64,000 bases of DNA. It comes from Gemmatimonadota bacterium (GTDB lineage Bacteria > Gemmatimonadota > Gemmatimonadetes > Longimicrobiales > Gaopeijiaceae). Below the pieces are notes generated by a model, which did not search any database, was not told the DNA's origin, and saw only the letters and a list, made by a program, of their open reading frames with translations. The translations under genes were made by a program, and so were the position numbers. Shown here piece after piece: positions 1 through 10,101 of this stretch (position 1 is the first letter of the stretch; each line of letters starts with the position of its first letter). The stretch lies in NCBI GenBank assembly GCA_034521595.1, contig JAXHMG010000003.1:1056001-1120000 (forward strand), written 5' to 3'.

Positions 1-996
1 GACGGACAAAACGTGTCCGACCCGGTCACGGTCACCACCGACGCCCTCGAGCTCGAGCTCGGAGGGCGGTTGCACACACAGCTGAACACCACGTCCGTCG
101 ACGGCGAGCCCGCGTCCCGATTGCTCATTCGGCGGGCGCGTGTCGAGCTCGGTGTGCAGCTCCCCAACGGGATCAGCGGCGCGATTCAGCCGGAGTTCGG
201 GAACGGGGGGGTGAGTCTGAAGGACGCGTACGTGGAGATGGAGGTGTCGCCCACCCTCGCTCTCCGGGCGGGGAGCACCTACCGGCCCTTCGGGCTCCTC
301 GAGCAAACGAGCTCCAAACGGATCTTGCCGGTGGAACGGGGGCTCCGGGTGCGTGGTCTCGCGGCGTGGGACGAGTACGCGGTCCTCAACAGCCTCGATT
401 ACAGCGATCGCGACGTCGGGCTCGTATTGTTGGGGGCTCCGAGTGAGGACGTCGACGTCACCGCAGGCGTGTTCCGCGGACCGCTCCACGGACAGGTCGG
501 TGCTAATTCCAGCTACCAGTACGTGGCCCGGGTGCGTGGGCGGACGGCGGAGGATCTCTGGATCGGCACGGCGTGGAGCAGCCGGCATTTCGTCGTCGGT
601 GCCGGCCCCGAGCTCGAGCGTGGCCACGCGTTCGAGATCGACCTGGAATACGGAAGCTTCACACCCGGTTGGCACGCGCTCGCCGAGGTGGCGTTCGGCG
701 ATGCCGATCAGGTCGCGGACGCAAACTTCCACGGGGGACACGCCTGGATCGCATACCGCACCGAGCCGTCGGAGGGGCGGGGCGTGATGCTCGAGCCGCT
801 CCTGCGCCTCAGCCATGCCGACGTGGGCATCGGCCAGCAGCCACTCACACCGCCCGGCGGGACACTGCTCACCCCGGGGGTCGCCGTGTACTTCGGGCCG
901 GCGAACAGGATCGCTGTCAACTACGATCTCTGGTGGGGCGGACGGGACAGCGAGGATGCGAGCAGCTTCAAGGTCATGTTTCAGATGGGATTCTGA
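1..996 (+). CDS. Outer-membrane porin, phosphate-selective porin O/P-like (5'-partial)
   Basis: Frame open from base 1; RRAR...LKDAYVE...PFGL.EQTSS...LPVER motifs typical of OprO/P porins; C-terminal Phe (FQMGF). Confidence 0.7.
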   Translation, partial: DGQNVSDPVTVTTDALELELGGRLHTQLNTTSVDGEPASRLLIRRARVELGVQLPNGISGAIQPEFGNGGVSLKDAYVEMEVSPTLALRAGSTYRPFGLLEQTSSKRILPVERGLRVRGLAAWDEYAVLNSLDYSDRDVGLVLLGAPSEDVDVTAGVFRGPLHGQVGANSSYQYVARVRGRTAEDLWIGTAWSSRHFVVGAGPELERGHAFEIDLEYGSFTPGWHALAEVAFGDADQVADANFHGGHAWIAYRTEPSEGRGVMLEPLLRLSHADVGIGQQPLTPPGGTLLTPGVAVYFGPANRIAVNYDLWWGGRDSEDASSFKVMFQMGF

Positions 997-1094
997 GCCC
1001 GATCCCGCTCCCGCCGGACGGAACCCCGTCCTCGATCGTGGACTATGACCGCGGAACGCGTTCCCATCCACTCTCGGACCGGTGGCACGCGTGA

Positions 1095-1123
1095 TTGACA
1101 CGGTCTCCCGTGCGGGGCAGCTT
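1095..1123 (+). promoter_or_regulatory. Putative sigma70 promoter of secD operon
   Basis: TTGACA-N17-CAGCTT about 80 bp upstream of the secD ATG. Confidence 0.55.
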
Positions 1124-1203
1124 TACGCGCTGTGATCCTCGGGTGAGCCACCTTCGCCCACAGGCCCCAAGGGGCCTGCTTCCTCGTCGAACCCACGCTA
1201 CTC

Positions 1204-2844
1204 ATGTTCAAGACGGTCAGGGGTCGGATCATCGCCATCCTCCTCATCATTGGGGTCGCCGGATGGCAACTCTACGCCAGGGGGCTCAAGCTCGGGCTCG
1301 ATCTGCAGGGGGGGATGCACCTCGTGCTCGAGGTCGACGACCCCGAGGGCACCATGACGGACGAAGCCAAGTCCGACATGATCGACCGGATCGACCGGAT
1401 CATCCGCACCCGGATCGACGAGCTGGGCGTGGAGGAGCCACTGATCCAGAAGGTCGGTGGAGACCGGCTGATCGTCGAGCTGGCCGGTCTCAGCGACGAA
1501 GAGCGCGCGAAGGATATCGTGCGCCGCAACGCGTACCTCGAGTTCAAGCTGGTGGTGCCCACCGGTGAGCTCGAGCAGGCGCTTCCACGTATCGACCGAT
1601 CGATCGTGACGGCGCTCGGCGTCGATTCGATCCGAGCGATGGGGCGCGACGTCAGCCAGGAGGGTCCGGACGTCGAACAGCTCCTGTTCGGAGGTGACAC
1701 GGCGTCGGAAGCCGATACCGGGCAGGTCGCGGACACGACCGCCCAGCCGGACTCCGCTCAGGAGTCGGACGAGCTTTCGGAAGAGGAGGCCCTCCGACCG
1801 TTCTCATCGCTCCTCAGCTTCGGGGACACGGAAGGGACGTTCCTCGTCGCGTCCGAGGACAGGGAAATCGTAGACTACTTCCTGTCACTCCCCGAAGTGC
1901 AGCGTGCGCTGCCACGGGACCAGACGCTTCACTGGGGATCCGACATCATCTCCCGTGGGGCGCGTAGCTATCGGCGACTCTTCGTTCTCGAGGAAGAGCC
2001 GTTCCTGACGGGCGCGGAGCTCGAAGACGCCACGGCGGGGCGCGACCAGCAGTTCAACCAGTCCCAGGTTCAGTTCGAGCTGTCACGCGCCGGAGGACGG
2101 CAGTTCCAGCAGTTCAGCGGCGCGCACGTCGGGGACTACCTCGCCATCGTGCTCGACGGCGAGGTCATGAGCGCGCCGGTCATTCGGGACCGCATCGGGG
2201 CCCGTGGCCAGATCGACATGGGCGCGAACACGCCGATGGAGCAAGCCCGGGACCTCGCGCTGGTGCTCCGCGCCGGCGCGCTTCCCGCCCAGGTGAACAT
2301 CATCGAGGAGCGCACCGTCGGTCCTTCGCTCGGCCAGGATTCCGTCAACCAGGGCCAGATGGCGGGAATCATCGGGATCCTCGCCGTGATCGGCATCATG
2401 ATGGTTTATTACCGGATGGCCGGGATCCTCGCCGTCGGGGCGCTCGCCGTGTACGTCGTGCTGGTGCTCGGTGGGTTGGCCGGGCTCGGGGCCACGCTGA
2501 CCTTGCCGGGGATCGCGGGGCTCATCCTCTCCATCGGCATGGCGGTGGACGCGAACGTCCTCATCTTCGAGCGGATCCGGGAGGAATTGACGGCCGGCCG
2601 GGCCACGCGCACGGCCGTCGACGAGGGCTTCGGTCACGCGCTCTCGGCCATCGTGGACGCCAACATCACCACGCTCATCACCGCCCTCATCCTGTTCCAG
2701 TTCGGGACCGGCCCGGTGCGAGGGTTCGCGGTTACGCTCTCCATCGGTATCGTGGCGTCGTTCTTCTCCGCGCTGTACGTGACGCGGACCCTCTTCCTGA
2801 TCTATCTGTCCGGCAAGAAGGCGTCGGATCCGATCAGCATCTGA
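1204..2844 (+). CDS. secD: Protein translocase subunit SecD
   Basis: LGLDLQGG, LRAGALPA, VGPSLG, GMAVDANVLIFERIREE, DANITT, GPVRGFAVTL motifs. Confidence 0.97.
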   Translation: MFKTVRGRIIAILLIIGVAGWQLYARGLKLGLDLQGGMHLVLEVDDPEGTMTDEAKSDMIDRIDRIIRTRIDELGVEEPLIQKVGGDRLIVELAGLSDEERAKDIVRRNAYLEFKLVVPTGELEQALPRIDRSIVTALGVDSIRAMGRDVSQEGPDVEQLLFGGDTASEADTGQVADTTAQPDSAQESDELSEEEALRPFSSLLSFGDTEGTFLVASEDREIVDYFLSLPEVQRALPRDQTLHWGSDIISRGARSYRRLFVLEEEPFLTGAELEDATAGRDQQFNQSQVQFELSRAGGRQFQQFSGAHVGDYLAIVLDGEVMSAPVIRDRIGARGQIDMGANTPMEQARDLALVLRAGALPAQVNIIEERTVGPSLGQDSVNQGQMAGIIGILAVIGIMMVYYRMAGILAVGALAVYVVLVLGGLAGLGATLTLPGIAGLILSIGMAVDANVLIFERIREELTAGRATRTAVDEGFGHALSAIVDANITTLITALILFQFGTGPVRGFAVTLSIGIVASFFSALYVTRTLFLIYLSGKKASDPISI

Positions 2845-2854
2845 CGAGATATTC

Positions 2855-3817
2855 ATGAGAATCTTTGCCGCCGCCGCCTTCCGCTTCATCGAAGCGCGCA
2901 AGAAGGCCTATATCATCTCGGGCGTGATCCTGGTCGCGGGAATCGCGGGCATGGTGACGAACGTGGCCACCTTGGGAAGCTGGCAGCAGTACGGCGTCGA
3001 CTTCACGGGTGGGTCGCTCGTGCAGCTACGGTTCGACGGGGACGTCACGGCCGCCGACCTCCGGGCGGCTCTGGGAGGTGTGGAAGCCCCGCCGATCACA
3101 CGCTTCGGCAGTGACAACGAGTTCGTGATCCGCGCACCGGTCGCCGAGGATGCGTCCATCACGGAAGTGGCGGACCGCATCGAGGCGCAGGTCCGGCAGG
3201 AGATGCCGAACGAGCCGTTCGAGGTCGTGCGAACCGAGTTGGTCGGTGCGCAAGTCGGGGAGGAGCTGCAGCAGAAGGCGGCCTTCGCCATCCTGTTCTC
3301 CTTCGTGGCGACGTTGCTTTACCTGGCGATCCGTTTCGAGCTGCGCTTCGGGGTGGCCGCGGTGATCGCCACGCTCCACGATATCATGGTGACGCTCGGG
3401 TTCTTGGCGCTCTTCCGCGTGGAGATCTCGCTCACCACGGTGGCCGCGCTGCTCACGATCGTCGGTTATTCCCTGAACGACACGATCGTCGTGTTCGACC
3501 GCATCCGCGAGAACATGAAGATGAAGGGGGCTCGGAAGCGCGAGCCGATCGATCTTGTCAACCAGTCGATCAACGAGACACTCCCGCGCACGGTCCTCAC
3601 GTCGGGCACGACGTTGGCGGTGCTCTTCTGCCTGCTCGTCCTCGGGGGGGCCGTCATCCGTGACTTCACCGTGGTGCTGATCCTCGGGGTGGCCATCGGA
3701 ACCTACTCCTCGGTGTTCGTGGCTTCGCCGGCGCTCATCGAGATCCAGCAGCGCTGGGGAATGGGGACGCTGGGGACCGACAAGAAGAAGAAGCGTCCTC
3801 AGCCCGCGACGGTGTGA
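2855..3817 (+). CDS. secF: Protein translocase subunit SecF
   Basis: GVDFTGG, GYSLNDTIVVFDRIREN, GTYSS motifs; follows secD. Confidence 0.97.
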   Translation: MRIFAAAAFRFIEARKKAYIISGVILVAGIAGMVTNVATLGSWQQYGVDFTGGSLVQLRFDGDVTAADLRAALGGVEAPPITRFGSDNEFVIRAPVAEDASITEVADRIEAQVRQEMPNEPFEVVRTELVGAQVGEELQQKAAFAILFSFVATLLYLAIRFELRFGVAAVIATLHDIMVTLGFLALFRVEISLTTVAALLTIVGYSLNDTIVVFDRIRENMKMKGARKREPIDLVNQSINETLPRTVLTSGTTLAVLFCLLVLGGAVIRDFTVVLILGVAIGTYSSVFVASPALIEIQQRWGMGTLGTDKKKKRPQPATV

Positions 3818-4626
3818 CTGGCTACTTCGACACCCACTGCCACCTGACCGACGCCGCTTTCCAGGACGATCGGGAGGCCGTGTTCGACAGGGCCTCCGAG
3901 GCGGGGGTGGACCGGATGGTGACCATTGCGTCCACCGTGGCCGACGCGGCGGACGCCGTGGCCCTGGCCGATTCGCGTCCGGGGCTATGGTGCACGGCGG
4001 GGGTGCACCCTCACGAAGCGGGTGAAGCGGCTCCGGACGCAGTGAGTCGTGTTCGAGAGCTCGCCGGGGAGAACGAGGTCGTGGTGGCCGTCGGTGAGAC
4101 GGGGTTGGACTATCACTACGACAACGCGCCCCGCCCGGTTCAACGGAGGCTGTTCGCCGGACACTTGGCGCTCGCGGCCGACCTCGATCTTCCCGTGGTC
4201 GTGCACGCTCGCGAGGCCGACCGGGACGTGGCCGCGGCGCTCCGGGACATGCCCGCGAGGACTCGCGGCGTGCTGCATTGCTTCACCGGTGGAGAGCGCG
4301 CCTTCGAGGAGGCGATGCGTGCCGACTGGTATGTGTCGTTTTCGGGTATCGCCTCCTTCAAGAGCTTCGCCGCGGCCGACCTCCTGCGCGAGGTTCCGGT
4401 CGACCGGCTCCTGATCGAAACGGACGCTCCCTACCTCTCGCCGGTACCGCTCCGAGGTCGGCGCAACGAGCCGGCACACCTCCCGCACGTGGCGCGCGCC
4501 GTGAGTGAGCGTTTGGGTTGGGGGCAGGCCGAGCTGGCGGAGGTGACCTGGCGGAACGGCTGCCGGTTCTACGGCCTCCCGGAGGCCGAGGAGGTCGGCC
4601 GGGGAGAGCCCGGGTCCGAGGCATGA
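3814..4626 (+). CDS. tatD: TatD family hydrolase
   Basis: DTHCHL, GVHPH, GETGLDY, HCFTG, IETDAPYL, RNEP motifs. Confidence 0.93.
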   Translation: MTGYFDTHCHLTDAAFQDDREAVFDRASEAGVDRMVTIASTVADAADAVALADSRPGLWCTAGVHPHEAGEAAPDAVSRVRELAGENEVVVAVGETGLDYHYDNAPRPVQRRLFAGHLALAADLDLPVVVHAREADRDVAAALRDMPARTRGVLHCFTGGERAFEEAMRADWYVSFSGIASFKSFAAADLLREVPVDRLLIETDAPYLSPVPLRGRRNEPAHLPHVARAVSERLGWGQAELAEVTWRNGCRFYGLPEAEEVGRGEPGSEA

Positions 4627-6395
4627 CCCGCCGCATTCGGATCCTGCCCGACGCCGTGGCGAACCAGATCGCCGCCGGCGAAGTGGTGGAGCGGCCGGCG
4701 TCCGTGGTCAAGGAGTTGGTCGAAAACGCCGTGGATGCGCGAGCGGGCCGCGTGGAGATCGCGGTCGAACGGGGCGGGAAGCGAAAGATCCGCGTCACGG
4801 ACGACGGCGTCGGGATGGGACGCGAGGACGCGTTGCTGTGCTTCGATCGCCATGCGACCAGCAAGATCGAGCATGCGGAAGATCTGCGGGGTGTGCGCAC
4901 GTTCGGCTTCCGCGGCGAAGCGCTTCCGTCGATCTCCGCCGTGAGCCGTCTGACGCTGGAGACCCGCACGGATGAGGACGAGGTCGGTACGCGGGTGACG
5001 AGCGCGAGTGGGCAGATCAACCATGTTTCCGACCTGGCACGTCGGTCCGGTACCACGGTCGAGGTCGACAACCTGTTCTTCAACGCACCCGCGCGCGCCA
5101 AGTTTCTGAAGGCGGTGTCGGCGGAGACGCGTGCCGTGAGTGACGCGGTGACGCAACTGGCGCTCGCGAACCCGCACGTGACCTTCGTCCTGACGTCGGA
5201 TGAGCGTGTCCTTCTGGAGCTCGAAGGAACGTCCGACGCCGGAGGGCGGATCGCCCAGGTCTGGGGCTCGGAGGCGGCCGCGACCCTGATCGGCATCTAC
5301 GGGGAGGAAGGCGGATTCGAGATCCGGGGATTGGTTCAACGGCCGGACGCCGCCAAGCCGGGTGTGCGGCGCAGCTTTCTGGCCGTGAACGGGCGACCGT
5401 TCCGCGCCTCCGAGCTCGGGAATGCAGCGCTCCGGGGCTACCGCACGACGATCGCAGAAGGTCTTCGCCCCTGGACGTTCCTCTACCTGACGGTACCCGA
5501 CGGGGAAGTGGACGTGAACGTCCATCCGGCGAAGGCCGAGGTTCGTTTTCGCGACTCCGCTCGGGTCGAAGCGCTCGTCGAAGGCGCGGTGCGGTCGGCG
5601 ATGGAAGGGGACGAGAGCGGCGCACGATTCGAGCAAGCCTCGGCTGTCCCGGCCCTCCGAGTCCACGAGCCACGCGGTCGGGAAGCCCGCCCGGAGCGAG
5701 AGCGCCGAGGCACCGAGCAGCAGATCGCGCTCTTCACGACCGGTCCCACGGAGGAGCGGTCCTCGGACGCTTCGGACGAGCACGCGCCCGGCACGGCTGC
5801 ACCCGATCCGCGGAGCGGCGCCCGCCCACGCCTCTGGCAGGTGCTCGACACGTACGTGTTCGCCGAGACCCGGGACGGCGTCGTCATCGTCGATCAGCAC
5901 GCGGCGCACGAGCGCGTCCTCTTCGAGCGCCTGCTGGACGCATACGAGCGGGGGGGGCAAGAAGGGCAGCGCCTTCTCTTTCCGCTCACGCTCAAGCTGA
6001 CCGCTCCCGAGCTCCAGTGCGTCGAGGACCTCCGGGGGCTCCTCGAGCGGGCGGGCTTCGAGGTCGAGGGATTCGGTGGCGATACGGTGATCGTGCATGC
6101 GGTGCCCAACCCGCATCGCTATTTCGACGCGGAGCGCGCGTTTCGAGAGATGGTCGACGAGCTGACGCACGGCTCCGAGCTCGTGCGCTCGGCGAGAAAT
6201 CAACATGAGCGCATCGCCATGACGTTCGCCTGCAAGAGCGCGATCAAGGCCGGACAGCGCCTGAGCGAGGACGAGATGCAGGAGCTGTTCGACCAGCTCT
6301 TCGCGACTCGCATGCCCCAACACGACGTGCACGGACGTCCGACCGTCGTCCGCCTGTCCGCAGCGGAGCTCTCACGCAAGTTCGGTCGGACGTGA
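4623..6395 (+). CDS. mutL: DNA mismatch repair endonuclease MutL
   Basis: NQIAAGEVVERPASVVKELVEN, GFRGEAL, DVNVHPAK, DQHAAHER, ACK, HGRP; ATG 4623 overlaps the tatD stop. Confidence 0.97.
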   Translation: MTRRIRILPDAVANQIAAGEVVERPASVVKELVENAVDARAGRVEIAVERGGKRKIRVTDDGVGMGREDALLCFDRHATSKIEHAEDLRGVRTFGFRGEALPSISAVSRLTLETRTDEDEVGTRVTSASGQINHVSDLARRSGTTVEVDNLFFNAPARAKFLKAVSAETRAVSDAVTQLALANPHVTFVLTSDERVLLELEGTSDAGGRIAQVWGSEAAATLIGIYGEEGGFEIRGLVQRPDAAKPGVRRSFLAVNGRPFRASELGNAALRGYRTTIAEGLRPWTFLYLTVPDGEVDVNVHPAKAEVRFRDSARVEALVEGAVRSAMEGDESGARFEQASAVPALRVHEPRGREARPERERRGTEQQIALFTTGPTEERSSDASDEHAPGTAAPDPRSGARPRLWQVLDTYVFAETRDGVVIVDQHAAHERVLFERLLDAYERGGQEGQRLLFPLTLKLTAPELQCVEDLRGLLERAGFEVEGFGGDTVIVHAVPNPHRYFDAERAFREMVDELTHGSELVRSARNQHERIAMTFACKSAIKAGQRLSEDEMQELFDQLFATRMPQHDVHGRPTVVRLSAAELSRKFGRT

Positions 6396-7375
6396 CGCAG
6401 CCCGCGGACGGCCTTCGCCCGCGGTTTCTGGCCGTCGTCGGGCCGACCGCTTCGGGAAAGACGGAGCTGTCGACGGCTCTGGCGGACCGACTCGATCTCG
6501 AGGTCGTTTCGGTGGATTCCCGGCAGGTCTACCGCGGCATGGACATCGGCACGGACAAGGTCGCGCCCGACGTGCGCGCCGCGATCCCGCACCACGGGCT
6601 CGACCTCGTCGATCCGTCGGAACGGTACTCCGCCGGACGCTTCGCGCGGGAGGCCCGGCACTGGATCGAGGCCATCGAGGCCCGGGGGCGGCTTCCGGTG
6701 CTCGTCGGGGGCACGGGTTTCTTCCTGAAGGCGTTGATCGACCCGATCTTCGATGAACCGGACCTCGACCCGGCGCGACGCACCCGTCTCCGGGCCTTCC
6801 TCCGTGAACAAGCCAGCGAGCGGCTGGAATCATGGGTCCGGATTCTCGACCCTGACCGGGCGCCCGTGGCGGTGGAAGGCGGGACGCAACGCATGACTCG
6901 GACGCTGGAAGTGGCCCTGCTGACGGGGCGCCCGCTGTCCTGGTGGCACCGGTCCGCGCCACGGGAAGGCGATCCCGTCGAGGGCGTGATCGTCGTGCCG
7001 CACGTGCCCCGCCCCGAGCTCGATCGGCGTATCGATGCGCGGGTCGCCCGGATGTTGGAGCGCGGGCTCGTGGAGGAGGTGCGTGGCCTTCTCGAAGCAG
7101 GGTACACGGCTGACGACCCGGGGATGAGCGCCACCGGATACCGGGAGATCGTGGCATACTTGAACGGGGAGATGACGTTGGATGAAGCGGGAGAAGCAAT
7201 CCGAGCCGCGACGCGGCGGTTCGCGCGTCGACAGATGACGTGGTTCCGGCACCAACTGCCCGCGCATGCGGTCGAGGTGGACGGGACGGCGCCCCTGGCG
7301 GAGCGCGTCGACTACGTGCTCTCGGCGTGGCGAGACGCACGAGAACGGGGATCCACGGCCGGAGGTACGGCATGA
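6392..7375 (+). CDS. miaA: tRNA dimethylallyltransferase
   Basis: GPTASGKT, DSRQVYRGMDIGT, VGGTG, TRRFARRQMTW. Confidence 0.96.
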   Translation: MTQPADGLRPRFLAVVGPTASGKTELSTALADRLDLEVVSVDSRQVYRGMDIGTDKVAPDVRAAIPHHGLDLVDPSERYSAGRFAREARHWIEAIEARGRLPVLVGGTGFFLKALIDPIFDEPDLDPARRTRLRAFLREQASERLESWVRILDPDRAPVAVEGGTQRMTRTLEVALLTGRPLSWWHRSAPREGDPVEGVIVVPHVPRPELDRRIDARVARMLERGLVEEVRGLLEAGYTADDPGMSATGYREIVAYLNGEMTLDEAGEAIRAATRRFARRQMTWFRHQLPAHAVEVDGTAPLAERVDYVLSAWRDARERGSTAGGTA

Positions 7376-8508
7376 AGATCGGGATCACCTGCTATCCGAC
7401 CTACGGGGGCTCGGGCGCCGTGGCGACCGAGTTGGGTCTTCTGCTCGCCGAGCGTGGCCACGAGATCCACTTCGTCACCTACGACCAACCGTTCCGCCTC
7501 GTAGGGTACCGCGAGCGCGTGTACTTCCACGAAGTCGAGATGGCCAACTACCCGCTGTTCGAGCATCCGCCATACTCCTTGGCTCTGGCAGTGGCCCTGC
7601 ACGACGCGGCGCGGAAGTACCAGTTGGATCTCGTGCACATGCACTACGCGATTCCCCACGCGGCGTCGGCGTTTCTGGCCCGGGAGATGCTCAAGGACGA
7701 GCACGACCTCAAGATCGTCACGACCCTACACGGCACCGACATCACCCTCGTGGGGCTCCACCCCTCCTTCCAGGCCATCACCCAGTTCTCGATCCTCCAG
7801 TCCGACGGTCTCACGACGGTCTCCGAATACCTGAAGCGCGAGACCGTCCGGGATTTCGCGGTGCCGGAGGAACGGCTGGAGGTCATCCCGAACTTCGTGG
7901 ATACGGAGCTCTTCCGACCCGGAAAGGAGCCCTGTTACCGTGCCAGCTTGGCGCCCGGGGGTGAGCCGATCGTCATGCACGTGTCGAATTTCCGCACGGT
8001 GAAGCGCGTCGAGGACGTGGTCGAGATTTTCGCTCGGATTCGGGGACGGATCCCGGCCCGGCTCGTGTTCGTCGGGGACGGTCCGGAGCGGCCCCGGGCG
8101 GTGCGACGAGCGGACGAGCTGGACGTTCGCGACCATGTGACCTTCCTCGGCAAGCACGCTTCCGTGGACGAGTTGCTCCCCTGTGCCGATCTCTTCCTGC
8201 TTCCGTCCGAAACCGAGTCCTTCGGGCTCGCGGCGTTGGAAGCCATGGCCTCCGGAGCTCCCGTGGTCGCTTCGGATGCCGGTGGGCTGCCCGAGGTGAT
8301 CGAGCACGGCGTGAGCGGCTACCTGCTCCCCGTGGGTGCGGTGGACGCGATGGCGGACGCCGGCGTGCGCCTCCTCACGGATGAAGCGCACCATGCCGAG
8401 ATCGCGGCAGCCGCCCGAGCACGGGCGGTTGAGCGTTTCACGGCGGATACGGTGGCGAGTCGGTACGAGGCCCTGTACCGCCGGGTCGTGGAAGGAGGTG
8501 CGCGTTGA
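7372..8508 (+). CDS. bshA: N-acetyl-alpha-D-glucosaminyl L-malate synthase (bacillithiol synthesis, GT4)
   Basis: MKIGITCYPTYGGSG, HYAIPHA, TTLHGTDITLVG, HVSNFR.VKRV, ESFGLAALEAM; ATG 7372 overlaps the miaA stop. Confidence 0.93.
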   Translation: MKIGITCYPTYGGSGAVATELGLLLAERGHEIHFVTYDQPFRLVGYRERVYFHEVEMANYPLFEHPPYSLALAVALHDAARKYQLDLVHMHYAIPHAASAFLAREMLKDEHDLKIVTTLHGTDITLVGLHPSFQAITQFSILQSDGLTTVSEYLKRETVRDFAVPEERLEVIPNFVDTELFRPGKEPCYRASLAPGGEPIVMHVSNFRTVKRVEDVVEIFARIRGRIPARLVFVGDGPERPRAVRRADELDVRDHVTFLGKHASVDELLPCADLFLLPSETESFGLAALEAMASGAPVVASDAGGLPEVIEHGVSGYLLPVGAVDAMADAGVRLLTDEAHHAEIAAAARARAVERFTADTVASRYEALYRRVVEGGAR

Positions 8509-9287
8509 ACACCTGGGAGGCACTGGTCCTGGGCGTGGTCCAGGGGGCCACCGAGTTTCTGCCGGTATCCAGCTCGGGCCACCTCGTGATCACGCAGGTC
8601 CTCCTGGGCATCGAGGTCCCGGGTGTGCTCTTCGAGGTCGCCGTGCACGTGGCCACCCTCCTCTCGATCCTCCTGGTGTACCGCCAGCGGGTAAGCACGC
8701 TCGCCGGAGGGATCGTGGAGCGGGATCCGGACGCCATCCGGTACGTGCTGTTGATCGTGGTCGCCACGATTCCGGCCGGATTGCTGGGGGTATTCGGAAA
8801 GGAGATCATCGAAGGGCTCTTCGACAGCCCCTCGACGCCGGGCATCGCCCTACTCGTGACGGGCGCGTTTCTCTGGACGACCCGAAAGGCGCTGGGAAGG
8901 GCCGTTCACGAGTGGCCGGGCTGGTTCGCGGCCTTTCTGATCGGACTGGCGCAGGCGTGCGCGCTGGTTCCCGGGATCTCGCGTTCCGGCGCCACGGTCG
9001 TCGCCGCTCTTTGGCTGGGGATCCATTCGCGGGAAGCGGCGGCTTTCTCGTTTCTCATGGCCGTTCCCGCCATCGCCGGGGCGGCCGTGCTCCAGATTCC
9101 CGACCTCGGAGGAGGGGTCGGCTTCGCCGTGATTCCGCTCCTCGCCGGAGCCACCGCCGCCGCGCTGACCGGCGTTCTCGCGATCCGTACCTTCGTCGCG
9201 CTTCTCGCCCGGGAGTCGTTCCACTTCTTCGCACCCTACTGTTGGGCCGTGGGTGCGGCCTTTCTCGTCTACCTGCGGCTGGCGTGA
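8505..9287 (+). CDS. uppP: Undecaprenyl-diphosphate phosphatase
   Basis: QGATEFLPVSSSGHL, PGISRSG, FSFLMAVPA; multi-TM. Confidence 0.95.
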   Translation: MNTWEALVLGVVQGATEFLPVSSSGHLVITQVLLGIEVPGVLFEVAVHVATLLSILLVYRQRVSTLAGGIVERDPDAIRYVLLIVVATIPAGLLGVFGKEIIEGLFDSPSTPGIALLVTGAFLWTTRKALGRAVHEWPGWFAAFLIGLAQACALVPGISRSGATVVAALWLGIHSREAAAFSFLMAVPAIAGAAVLQIPDLGGGVGFAVIPLLAGATAAALTGVLAIRTFVALLARESFHFFAPYCWAVGAAFLVYLRLA

Positions 9288-9288
9288 C

Positions 9289-10059
9289 GTGAGCGGTGAC
9301 CTTCTGACGGTGTGGGAAGGGCAGGCGGTCCCCTTTTGGGCGGACCTGTGGAACCTCCCGCGACTCGAGGTGCACGGCCGGTTGACCTCGACCAACGATC
9401 GTGCCCGCACGCTCTCCGAGGAAGGTTGGGGCCCGTATGCCACCGTCATCGCGGACGAGCAGACCGCGGGCAGGGGGAGGACCGGGGCGCCCTGGCATTC
9501 GGCGGCCGGATCCGGCCTCTGGATCTCCGTCCTCCTTCCAGCCACACCCGCACCGCATCTTCCGCTCTTGGTGGGATTGGCGGCCGCGGAGGCGATCGAG
9601 CGCGTTCACCCGGAGATCCGGCCCCGCATCGAATGGCCGAACGACCTCACCGTGCGCGACCGGAAGGTGGGTGGAATCCTGTGCGAAGGGGTGGGCGTCC
9701 ACGTGGTCGCCGGCCTCGGAATCAATACCCACGAGCCGCCGGGGGGCTTCCCACCGGAGCTGGCCGATCGGGCGACGTCGCTGAACGTGGAGCGGAGGGG
9801 GCACGCCGACCGGCCGGCCCTGGCCGGCGCGCTGCTCGCGGAGCTTCGGCGGAGGATGGCCGTGGCCGGGCCGAAGCTGAGCGCGGAGGAACGGCTCGCT
9901 CTCTCCCAGCGGGACGCCCTGGAGGGAAGGGTCGTGGTGAGCGCGCAGCACGGACACGGACGCGCCGTGGAAATCGCCGAAGACGGTGCCCTCCTCATGG
10001 AGCGGGAGGACGGCACCCGGGTACAGGTGCGCTCCGGTCACGTGCGGCCGGCTTCCTGA
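9289..10059 (+). CDS. birA: Biotin--[acetyl-CoA-carboxylase] ligase (no HTH)
   Basis: STND, QTAGRGR, WPNDL, RKVGGILCE, GLGIN; start approximate (GTG 9289). Confidence 0.9.
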   Translation: MSGDLLTVWEGQAVPFWADLWNLPRLEVHGRLTSTNDRARTLSEEGWGPYATVIADEQTAGRGRTGAPWHSAAGSGLWISVLLPATPAPHLPLLVGLAAAEAIERVHPEIRPRIEWPNDLTVRDRKVGGILCEGVGVHVVAGLGINTHEPPGGFPPELADRATSLNVERRGHADRPALAGALLAELRRRMAVAGPKLSAEERLALSQRDALEGRVVVSAQHGHGRAVEIAEDGALLMEREDGTRVQVRSGHVRPAS

Positions 10060-10101
10060 GCCATCACCGAACGGACCTCGGGTCCGTGAAGGGAGAACGC
10101 A

